This document shows positions 56,260 through 64,000 of a stretch of 64,000 nucleotides of DNA, one piece after another. The notes under the pieces were generated by a model, which worked only from the letters and a program-made list of their open reading frames with translations, did no database searches and had not been told where the DNA came from. Each line of letters opens with the position of its first letter. The stretch's first letter is position 1. The position numbers were made by a program, and so were the translations under genes. The stretch is taken from positions 32,001-96,000 of the IMG/VR virus record IMGVR_UViG_3300029305_003884; one strand, written 5' to 3'. The stretch comes from a virus. Taxonomy: Duplodnaviria; Caudoviricetes.

Positions 56260-56271
56260 CTATAATGCAGA

Positions 56272-57534
56272 CTAAGTGTCTTTAGCGGCTTTGATTCTAC
56301 ATGTATCAACCAATCGTCTAGCTTGTTCAAGCATCCATTCACCATCCGAACGCCGATAACGTATATCGCTTGTACAAGCTCCAGATTCTGACGGTTTCAT
56401 TATGAATTCCACACGGCAATACTGAAATTTCATATCATCTACCGTTGGAATAAAAACGCAAACAATAGAGCCATCATTATTTTCATTGAAAAAGGTAAGA
56501 CTAATAATACTGTTATTATATACCATGGCGGCTGAACATCGTATACCACAATTACCTTTTTCAGCATTATTCATTAATGTCTGTATAATTTGTTTAGTTA
56601 TATTATCCATTTGTGGATAATTAACAGTTGATGTATCATTTTCGACTAAACCTTGAATATACTTTGATACATTTCCGCATAACGCTCCTTTATACTTAGC
56701 ATGTTCATACAATTTAGGTGACATGGACACTGTCAAAACCTTTCTACCATTATCAAATTCGGATATTATTTTAGAGTTTACATACGAAAAACTAGCCAGT
56801 TGAGAAAGCTTTCCAAATCGCATACCAGTACAGCATCGTGTAACGCTTGATGTACTATAACGCTTAACAAGGAAATGTCCATCTTCATTCTTGATATATA
56901 TGAATCCAAATTTACTTAAGTCGTCCGGCAAGCCAACCACCTCATTAGACATGCATTGCAAACTAAAAGAAAGTTCATCGAAAACAATCTCCGTACGACG
57001 GTCATTCATTAAGTACATGAACGTACAATCGAATGCATCACACAGACCAACATTATAACAATATTTCACACCATTCTCTATACGAGTGACCCGAGATTTC
57101 GCTAATGCATATACATCATTGCTATCTACAACTGTTGACGGATGGCATAACCTAAACTTTAAAGAAAATTCTTCTGTCCTATACCCAATGAATGCACTCC
57201 ATGATTTACCAACTGCATAAAAAAACGAAATAGCAAGTTCTTGTTTAGCTTCTGTATATGTATCACACGTGGCGGCATTTGTATATACATGCTCTGTATT
57301 TAGTTCATATATGCACCATGGGTCACACGACGGATATTCACAACCACCTATTCGTCCTACCAGAAATGAAGTTCTGAGAACAACGTCGGTTGTTTTCGCC
57401 CACAGAGTATCAACGGTTATTATTTCGTGTGGTTTAATATCTGGTGGCAAATTGATTCCTTCATATTGTAAACCATATGCGGACTTCCGCGACACAATTC
57501 TATATAAAAAACTATGCTCTGTATTGTTATTCAT
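56272..57534 (-). CDS. Hypothetical protein, AT-rich gene
   Basis: 420-aa ORF, AGGAG RBS, ATGACA-N17-TATATT upstream (57563-57591); visibly lower GC than its flanks. Confidence 0.7.
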   Translation of the reverse strand: MNNNTEHSFLYRIVSRKSAYGLQYEGINLPPDIKPHEIITVDTLWAKTTDVVLRTSFLVGRIGGCEYPSCDPWCIYELNTEHVYTNAATCDTYTEAKQELAISFFYAVGKSWSAFIGYRTEEFSLKFRLCHPSTVVDSNDVYALAKSRVTRIENGVKYCYNVGLCDAFDCTFMYLMNDRRTEIVFDELSFSLQCMSNEVVGLPDDLSKFGFIYIKNEDGHFLVKRYSTSSVTRCCTGMRFGKLSQLASFSYVNSKIISEFDNGRKVLTVSMSPKLYEHAKYKGALCGNVSKYIQGLVENDTSTVNYPQMDNITKQIIQTLMNNAEKGNCGIRCSAAMVYNNSIISLTFFNENNDGSIVCVFIPTVDDMKFQYCRVEFIMKPSESGACTSDIRYRRSDGEWMLEQARRLVDTCRIKAAKDT

Positions 57535-57631
57535 ATTTTTATCTCCTATAGATGTCTAATACAATATATATTATTTTATGCCAAGTGTCATACATTTTTT
57601 TAATTTTATAACGCTATGCTCATAGCCATAT

Positions 57632-57640
57632 TATAAACTA
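57632..57640 (+). promoter_or_regulatory. Late promoter motif TATAAACTA
   Basis: Exact motif 25 nt before ATG 57666. Confidence 0.8.
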
Positions 57641-57665
57641 TTAATATAAAATTTCGTAATATACA

Positions 57666-58250
57666 ATGACCTCAGAATACGCACTAGATGTATTTACCAA
57701 GTCCGCCGAACAGATACTTACCTCCAAGGTACAATTGGAAGCGGTAACAGATTTGGCAAAGACGTTACTTGAATTTGCCGACCCAAGAAACGATGTAAAC
57801 CATCCGTCCTGTTCGTCAGGTCTTCTCATCACGGATGGAAAGGTATTCCTAGCAGAACTCCCGACAGGCAACAAGAAAGGCAAGCCGCATCAGTATGACC
57901 TTCCAAAGGGTCACGTTGAAAACGATGGCGAATCCGTAAAGGATGCCGCTTTCAGGGAAGCCTTGGAGGAAACTGGGTATAACTGGCATAAGTATTACAA
58001 CGATGCCAAGGGAATCTTCCGCAAGCAAGTGCCATTCCGTAAAGGAAACAACCTGATGTTATACAGGATAAATCTGAAAGAACTTCCTCCCCTGACATCC
58101 TATTCCTGCAAGTCCTACTTCCATGACCCTAAGAAGAACGCCGCCATACCCGAAGCATGCTCCTACGAGTACCTCCCGTTGAAGGAAATCGGAAAGTGGC
58201 TGTGGCCCGAGTTCGACAAGACCTTCAAGAGGGAAGGAATCAAGTTCTAA
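57666..58250 (+). CDS. Nudix hydrolase (T4 NudE-like) with N-terminal leader
   Basis: SGLLITDG...DLPKGHVE......AAFREALEETG Nudix box; ~45-aa extension. Confidence 0.88.
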   Translation: MTSEYALDVFTKSAEQILTSKVQLEAVTDLAKTLLEFADPRNDVNHPSCSSGLLITDGKVFLAELPTGNKKGKPHQYDLPKGHVENDGESVKDAAFREALEETGYNWHKYYNDAKGIFRKQVPFRKGNNLMLYRINLKELPPLTSYSCKSYFHDPKKNAAIPEACSYEYLPLKEIGKWLWPEFDKTFKREGIKF

Positions 58251-58251
58251 A

Positions 58252-58267
58252 TGTTTCACGTGAAACA
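58252..58267. other. parS: parS consensus palindrome TGTTTCACGTGAAACA
   Basis: Perfect 16-bp match to the chromosomal parS consensus, intergenic; further half-site CGTGAAACA at 58281-58289. Confidence 0.8.
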
Positions 58268-58271
58268 TTAG

Positions 58272-58303
58272 AAAAGCCCCCGTGAAACACGGAGGCTTTG
58301 TTT
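58272..58303. terminator. Bidirectional intrinsic terminator
   Basis: AAAAGCCCCCGTG-AAA-CACGGAGGCTTTGTTT between convergent genes. Confidence 0.75.
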
Positions 58304-58317
58304 GTGTGGAGAAATTC

Positions 58318-59652
58318 TTATTTAGAAGGCGCTATCTTCGCCTTGATTTTCTTCTTTACAAGATTAGCATTCGGCAATTCTTTGGGTGTGATAGGAATTT
58401 CAGGAACTTCCTCTTCTTTAGGAATTACTGGACGGTCATCCGTCTTTATCTCCGAGGCATCCTTCTTCAAGTTTTCCTCGGTTAACGAAGCTTCCGCTTC
58501 CTTCATTGCATCGTTTCCAGGTATTGCGGGAGATTTAGCCAAGTCGTTGCATTTATCCAGCATGTCCGTCATTTTACCTACGGATTCCTTTGCATCAATA
58601 CTTTCCAGGTATTGCTTTGTCATGGCAGCTTGGACTAAGTCTTGCGGAGTTTTCGGCAAGTCCATCTGCTTAACCATAAATTCATCTGGCTTCGGGCTAA
58701 AGAAATTGTCCATCGAGGCTTTTAAATCCTTTCCGACACTAACCCCACGTTGCGACATGACACGTTGACTTTCATACTGACACTCAGCAATAGCCTTAGC
58801 TCTCATGCCTTCATTCTCGTCGACGGCATCGTTGAAAGCCTTGAGTGCAACTGGATTACCTTTAAGTTCTTCGATAATGAATTTCTTTCCAACGTCATTC
58901 GGCTGGAAGTTGAGATAGGTGCGAGCAAAAGTTAGACCAATGAGCTTATTGGACACCTCGCTCATAGAACCAGGTTTACCCATAAGAGTCATCTCGTTCA
59001 ATGCTTTTGTAAGAGACTCGATTTCCCGTTCTATTTTACCGTTGCTCAGATTCTGACAAATACCAAGGGATGGATTCATCTTCTGCACATTGGTTTTAGC
59101 TGCATCAAGAGCCGTCGGGTGTTCCTTAACCAGATTGGAAATCGGCTCTGGGTGTCCATCAGCGGTGTCAACCATGGTTTTCATCCGTAGTGGGACATTC
59201 TTGTTATAATCCATGCCAAAATAATCGGGATTCGATTCAAGATTCACTTTCTGGTTCGGCTTCATAAACGGGTCAGCCAAGATGGTAGCTTCCGACGGGA
59301 CATTGCCATTCAACTGCTGGAAAGTGTAGTCCTGCATGTTGCAGAACTGGTTCGGGCCAGAAGGTATCGGGCGTTGCTTATCATGCCATGGTTCCTTCGG
59401 GTTCATAATCGGCTTGAAACCGAGACCACCGTACCTTTCTGGCTGTCTGACCAGCACAGGCGGCGGGCTAAATTGCTGTGGCGGGAAGGTCTGGCTCGGC
59501 GTAGGCGGAATAGGCGGCACCTGCGACGGCACTTGCTGCGGAGATTGTGGAGCAGCATGTTCTTCCTTGTAGATATGCTTTACCGTGGCACCGACATCAT
59601 AAAGAGCCTTCGCCAGGAATTCCATTATGTTTAGGTATTTATCGTTGTTCAT
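58318..59652 (-). CDS. Hypothetical protein with Pro/Gln-rich N-terminus
   Basis: GGAGG before ATG 59652. Confidence 0.75.
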   Translation of the reverse strand: MNNDKYLNIMEFLAKALYDVGATVKHIYKEEHAAPQSPQQVPSQVPPIPPTPSQTFPPQQFSPPPVLVRQPERYGGLGFKPIMNPKEPWHDKQRPIPSGPNQFCNMQDYTFQQLNGNVPSEATILADPFMKPNQKVNLESNPDYFGMDYNKNVPLRMKTMVDTADGHPEPISNLVKEHPTALDAAKTNVQKMNPSLGICQNLSNGKIEREIESLTKALNEMTLMGKPGSMSEVSNKLIGLTFARTYLNFQPNDVGKKFIIEELKGNPVALKAFNDAVDENEGMRAKAIAECQYESQRVMSQRGVSVGKDLKASMDNFFSPKPDEFMVKQMDLPKTPQDLVQAAMTKQYLESIDAKESVGKMTDMLDKCNDLAKSPAIPGNDAMKEAEASLTEENLKKDASEIKTDDRPVIPKEEEVPEIPITPKELPNANLVKKKIKAKIAPSK

Positions 59653-59663
59653 TTTTGCCTCCA

Positions 59664-60155
59664 TTACAAACGATTTGCTTTGTTAGATTCAGCCTCAACG
59701 AATTTAGCCAATTCGATAAGGCCGACATTTCCGTAAATCAATTTCATTTCCTCGCTGCAATCAGCCTCGGGTTCGTCACTTATCTTGTTGCACATGTCTA
59801 CATAGGATTCGAGTTCCTTCTTTCGTTCTTTCGCATAGTTCAAAAGAAGCTGGTATTCAGATGCGGTAAGCTTGTTCGCATCGAACTCATACTCGCCTTC
59901 TCCGTAACGTACAGTAGACTTTGCAAGGATGCGGCGTATCTCTGCGGCGAGTTCAACATCACGCTTTACCTTCTCAATTTCCTCACTGTACTCAGGAGGT
60001 TTAACCTTCTGTGGTTCAGTCTTGGGCGGTTCAGCAATCTTGCGGGCCCTAACCTTCGCCTTGCGGAACAGCCACCACTCACGCACCAGCATGGCGATAG
60101 CGCCAAAGACATGACAACCGACCAGAGCGGCAACTATAAATTCAATCAGTTTCAT
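59664..60155 (-). CDS. Hypothetical protein with N-terminal TM anchor
   Basis: Hydrophobic first ~25 aa; ATGA overlap. Confidence 0.7.
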   Translation of the reverse strand: MKLIEFIVAALVGCHVFGAIAMLVREWWLFRKAKVRARKIAEPPKTEPQKVKPPEYSEEIEKVKRDVELAAEIRRILAKSTVRYGEGEYEFDANKLTASEYQLLLNYAKERKKELESYVDMCNKISDEPEADCSEEMKLIYGNVGLIELAKFVEAESNKANRL

Positions 60156-60607
60156 TTGGATTCCTGGAACAGGCCTAGCCTGTCAAATGTGCGGCTGTAA
60201 CCCTTGAAGAGCCACTTCCTGATTTCGGAAAGAGGTTTGTAGGCATAGCCAATAACCTCGGGGACAGTCTTGCCAGTCCTCTTGTCTGGGAAGAAGCTCT
60301 GGCACTTGTACTCGCCGATATCAGGCATCTCTTCCTTCGTCAAGTCGAGACGGTACAGGACAATCTGCTTGCCCTTGATGTAGCTGACAGGTTCATTACA
60401 CAATGCGTATGCACGGTCCTTATAAGCATCAAAATCGTAACCAGTTTCTTCCTTCGCTTCTCTAAACGCAGTGCCCCTAAAGTCACTGTCGAAATCCTCG
60501 ACGTGACCCTTAGGCAAATCAAAATGGTGTTCACCAGGAGTCTGGTGTAGCGGCAGTTCGACAAGGAACTTTTCGCCGTCTGTTATCAAAAGGCCAGCCG
60601 ATACCAT
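60152..60607 (-). CDS. Nudix hydrolase (T4 NudE-like)
   Basis: SAGLLITDG...DLPKGHVE......TAFREAKEETG; AGGAGG RBS. Confidence 0.9.
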   Translation of the reverse strand: MVSAGLLITDGEKFLVELPLHQTPGEHHFDLPKGHVEDFDSDFRGTAFREAKEETGYDFDAYKDRAYALCNEPVSYIKGKQIVLYRLDLTKEEMPDIGEYKCQSFFPDKRTGKTVPEVIGYAYKPLSEIRKWLFKGYSRTFDRLGLFQESK

Positions 60608-60709
60608 ATCGGTTTCCTCCTATTTCTATTCCACATTAAAATATATTATTCCAATACAAAAACGCCGACCACTATTGCAGGTCGGCTGAAATCATGCGTC
60701 GTTTCAGGC

Positions 60710-61837
60710 TTATTTCTTGCTGAGATACAGTAACAGCAGGTTGAATCCGTAGCAGATGCAACATGCAACAAACAGCATGTCCACTGGTAGACCTTTGAGG
60801 AAGAGCGATGCAATGCCAGCGATACCCCAAGCGCTCAACGTCAACGAGTGTATCGTAGATGTATTCGTTATCCCGTACTTGCTTGCAAGCAGTGCAGGCA
60901 ATGCAGAAAATCCACCGCCATAACATGCGTTGATGAGCATGACGCTGACGACGAACACACCAAGTCCGCCGACGCCGAAGTTCACCAGGCACAGCAGAGA
61001 ACTCAATGCAAAGAGGATTACATACGGAACATACCGTCCGAACTTGTCGCTAACCCAAGCAAAACCAAATCGGCCACCAGCGTTGAACACGGCACTCAAT
61101 GTACAAAGCGCAGTCGCCATCCCGAGCGCCACACCGTAGTGGGAATACAACTGGGCTTCCTGACTGATGAAGGCAAGGCCGCAAGCGATGTTGATGAAGA
61201 AGAACAGCCAAATCGAGATGTATGGCAACGTCCGTACCGTCTTCCCGATATTGATTGTCTCGACCGTAGGCGGCTTGTAGTTGACAGGGAACTTCCTGAA
61301 CAGGAACGATGTCACGATAAGCGGAACCGTATAGATTAAGGCAAGAAGGAAGAACACCTGGTCGATAGCGAAGTTCGAAGTCATGTAGGTATACAACGGG
61401 CTCGCAACAGACTTTGACAACCCGAAGGACAGGATGGCTATTGCTGATGCGACCGCCTTGTTATGACGGAAGTACAGCATCAGGGTTTTAATCGGCGCCA
61501 CATATCCGAGGCCACATGAGCACCCGAAAAGGCATCCGTAGGCCAGATAGAATAGCCAGACACTTCCTATGCTGCAGGCCACCCCGCTTAGGACAAATCC
61601 ACCCACGAAGAAAATCACCGATAGGATATATGTTGCCTTCGGGTTCTTCTCGACGAACTTTCCCATGAATGCTGCAGACAGTCCGAGGAACAGGATTGCA
61701 AGAGAGAATGCAAACGACATGTCATGGTTGAGAACAGCGTTGACAGCATTAGAGAGAAGAGACCAGGCATATACCTGGCCAATGCATAAAGAAAGAAGGA
61801 CGGTTGCAAGCACCGTCCTGATTTGTAGAATTTTCAT
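60710..61837 (-). CDS. MFS transporter, oxalate:formate antiporter (OFA) family-like
   Basis: G.VYAWS, G.FVEK.P, GLGYVAPI.TL..YF, FNAGGRF.FAWVSDKFGR, CYGGGFS.LPA; about 12 hydrophobic segments. Confidence 0.88.
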   Translation of the reverse strand: MKILQIRTVLATVLLSLCIGQVYAWSLLSNAVNAVLNHDMSFAFSLAILFLGLSAAFMGKFVEKNPKATYILSVIFFVGGFVLSGVACSIGSVWLFYLAYGCLFGCSCGLGYVAPIKTLMLYFRHNKAVASAIAILSFGLSKSVASPLYTYMTSNFAIDQVFFLLALIYTVPLIVTSFLFRKFPVNYKPPTVETINIGKTVRTLPYISIWLFFFINIACGLAFISQEAQLYSHYGVALGMATALCTLSAVFNAGGRFGFAWVSDKFGRYVPYVILFALSSLLCLVNFGVGGLGVFVVSVMLINACYGGGFSALPALLASKYGITNTSTIHSLTLSAWGIAGIASLFLKGLPVDMLFVACCICYGFNLLLLYLSKK

Positions 61838-61865
61838 ATTGACGTCTTGGCTTTGCACCAAGAGT

Positions 61866-62849
61866 TTATAGGGTCTCGTCGATATCAGTAGGCACCTGGA
61901 AGGTGCCGTCGAGCTGTTGCTGGATATACTTGATAGCCTTGGTAATCATTTCCATTGCAGCAGTTTCGTCGACAGCCTGACCGCCACATGAAAGCGGATG
62001 GCCACCCATAGACACGGCGCCAGGAGTAGTTTTCTCGATTACCTTTGCAAACTTGTCAAAGGAAATCTTCTTGTTGTAACCACGGAACATCAGGCCAATG
62101 TTGTTGCAGCGGGTGTTATGATAAATGTTGACCCAGTAGTTGTATTTACCCGTATCTTCGATACGGACACCGACTTCGGTGGAGCGCTTGTCACAATGAG
62201 TAAGCACACCGCCACCAGGGAGGTCTGTAAATTGAAGTTGACCATAGATATCATTGACTTCGCCTTCGATGCTCTCGATAATACGGAGGTCGTCTTCGGA
62301 GAAATCAGTATGGCCATCCTTGTAAGCTTCCATCCACGGTTCAAATTTCAGGTTATACTTGGCCTTGAAGAGCATGTTCAGACGGAATGCATGTTCAAAG
62401 CGTTCCTTGTCAGTTTTAACCCAGCGGTCAAACGTATCGATGTAACCGATGAGTTCTTCAAGGTAGGAAATATCCTTGACATCACGGTAGAAATCATAGG
62501 TCAGACGTGAGCCGCAAGCAGACTTGTCAATAAAGATGCAATTAGACGGGTCGTTGAGTCCTTCCACGCTACCATGATGGTCCAAAACCATGAACGGAAT
62601 GCGAGTTGCACGGACACGGTCCATGAAATCGGCAGGTGTGTAATCAGTAAACACGATTGCGTTGTACAGTTCCATGTTGGGGATGCTACTGAAAGTCAGT
62701 ATATCCTTTTCCTTGCCGTAGAACATCTTCGCATACTTTGCGTTAGGATAGATGGTCTTAACTACTAGATGGGAACCTACTCCATCAAGGTCATTGTGGG
62801 TGCAGTTAAGCACGTTCAGGTTGGGGTTTTTGAAGTATTGGATATCCAT
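61866..62849 (-). CDS. DHH/DHHA1 phosphoesterase
   Basis: THNDLDG, FTD, LDHH, GGHPLSCGG. Confidence 0.88.
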   Translation of the reverse strand: MDIQYFKNPNLNVLNCTHNDLDGVGSHLVVKTIYPNAKYAKMFYGKEKDILTFSSIPNMELYNAIVFTDYTPADFMDRVRATRIPFMVLDHHGSVEGLNDPSNCIFIDKSACGSRLTYDFYRDVKDISYLEELIGYIDTFDRWVKTDKERFEHAFRLNMLFKAKYNLKFEPWMEAYKDGHTDFSEDDLRIIESIEGEVNDIYGQLQFTDLPGGGVLTHCDKRSTEVGVRIEDTGKYNYWVNIYHNTRCNNIGLMFRGYNKKISFDKFAKVIEKTTPGAVSMGGHPLSCGGQAVDETAAMEMITKAIKYIQQQLDGTFQVPTDIDETL

Positions 62850-62869
62850 GATTTTAGTCCTTTTCGTTA

Positions 62870-62898
62870 AATATAGTTTATTAAATCTGTGTTGTCAA
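62870..62898 (-). promoter_or_regulatory. Sigma70-type promoter TTGACA-N17-TATATT
   Basis: Upstream of the DHH gene. Confidence 0.75.
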
Positions 62899-64000
62899 GG
62901 TCTTGTCAGCAATAAAAATGTCTTCGATGAACGCTTCCATGCATTCCTGTTCGGTAAAGGTAGGAATCTGCAGTTCCGTCAAGGCATCGTCAAAGATTTT
63001 CTTGGCACGCTCGGCATACTCTTCTGCCACGATGATGCTGTCATGTACTGTGCATACAGGGCAATGCAGTTCGTCCTTGATTCTGCGGTAAACGATGCTG
63101 AAAATCAGGTGGCTTTCGGTGCGTTGCAGTTCATGTGCCAGCTCAGCGTAGTGCCCACGCTTGATAATCTGGATTGCCTTGTACAGGTTGGGGAACTTTT
63201 CCTTCCAGAGCTTCTGAATTGCGCCAACCAACTTGTGCTTCTTTCTCGAATAGAACTTGCCGCAGAATAGGCAAGTAAGGAATTCCTTCTTCACCTTATT
63301 GCGGTCTACGTTGATATGTAAAGTTTTGTTTACATAGCTAAGAAAAAATTCGTACAGACTGCCGCTAACAAGCAGATTGCGGTAAACTTCCAATTCTTTA
63401 TGGAAATTATCCACGCAATCCCAAGTATCCTCCACTTTCCAGTATGCCTCCGCAAACCCACCTATAGGGAAAATCACAATATGTTCTCGGCCATCAAATT
63501 TAGAAATATATCGGTCAAGCACACGGTACAGGAATGCGCCCTGGGAGCTCTTGATGTCTATTTCGACCGTCGGCTTGCCATCGCAGGAGATGCAGCTCTT
63601 TCGCACTTCCTTCTTCATCTGGGTTATATTCGTGTGTACACGCCCGTATGCATCACGTTTGCAATAAAGAGCGTATTTATCGGTCGAATAACTGTTGAAA
63701 AGCTTAACTTTGTTCATTTCAGACGTCATTCTTTCAGGAGGAATAGCGCCATTTGACACCATTTCGCCCAAAATGTCATGACTTTTCTGCTCGTCTATGC
63801 TGAAATGGGTCAAGTCTTCGTAAAGTTCCTTGATTTCAGGCAATTTCATTTGTTCGCAATGAACTTCTTCGGCTCTTTCTGCAAGTTTTCTGTACAAAAT
63901 GGGGTTTGTGACCATGACGACACGTACTCCACCCTGTCTTTTTGCGATATCGCCAGCCTCTTCTTGTGCCCTGGTGTGCAAATATCGTTGCACATAGCTC
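62881..64000 (-). CDS. Family-A polymerase-superfamily protein (5' end probably outside window)
   Basis: YGRVHT, EIDIKSSQ (motif A), RNKVK (motif B), LQRTES, TVHDSIIV (motif C); frame open to the window edge. Confidence 0.65.
   Translation of the reverse strand, partial: SYVQRYLHTRAQEEAGDIAKRQGGVRVVMVTNPILYRKLAERAEEVHCEQMKLPEIKELYEDLTHFSIDEQKSHDILGEMVSNGAIPPERMTSEMNKVKLFNSYSTDKYALYCKRDAYGRVHTNITQMKKEVRKSCISCDGKPTVEIDIKSSQGAFLYRVLDRYISKFDGREHIVIFPIGGFAEAYWKVEDTWDCVDNFHKELEVYRNLLVSGSLYEFFLSYVNKTLHINVDRNKVKKEFLTCLFCGKFYSRKKHKLVGAIQKLWKEKFPNLYKAIQIIKRGHYAELAHELQRTESHLIFSIVYRRIKDELHCPVCTVHDSIIVAEEYAERAKKIFDDALTELQIPTFTEQECMEAFIEDIFIADKTLTTQI

Noticed and set aside
1-64000. tRNA, rRNA, CRISPR array, reverse transcriptase/DGR or introns
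   Set aside because: No supporting signature seen by eye; a tRNAscan/Infernal run is needed to exclude them formally.
1-64000. Naming the host genus
   Set aside because: Sequence supports only a diderm host with sigma70-type promoters; anything finer needs spacer or homology searches.

Overview
A 64-kb segment of a large T4-like (myovirus, probably jumbo) phage genome using standard code 11 (TAA, TAG and TGA all end genes). Recognisable T4-type genes: gp4 head completion, gp15 tail terminator, gp20 portal, gp23 major capsid, gp46 recombination ATPase, gp55 late sigma factor, Dda helicase, a gp53-like wedge protein and a 1660-aa protein ending in a gp25 domain. Two promoter classes are readable by eye: sigma70-type TTGACA-N17-TATATT sites, and a late motif TATAAACTA (14 exact copies, nearly all 22-31 nt before a start codon). 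Main observations: (1) a shared ~30-35 aa N-terminal leader ending in a gp21-type (L/I/C)-x-E site, fused to unrelated cargoes (lytic transglycosylase, peptidoglycan-binding protein, Nudix hydrolase, others) mostly under their own late promoter, a candidate modular capsid-loading system; (2) an unannotated ~250-nt structured RNA with its own promoter and terminator; (3) a tnpB-only IS200/IS605 element inserted into, and regenerating, a late promoter, with a kissing-loop 5' leader; (4) a perfect parS palindrome; (5) accessory genes including an OFA-family MFS transporter, an outer-membrane beta-barrel, two glycosyltransferases, a membrane-anchored DHFR-like protein and an apparently inactive gp21 paralogue. 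All assignments come from visual motif recognition; no searches were run.
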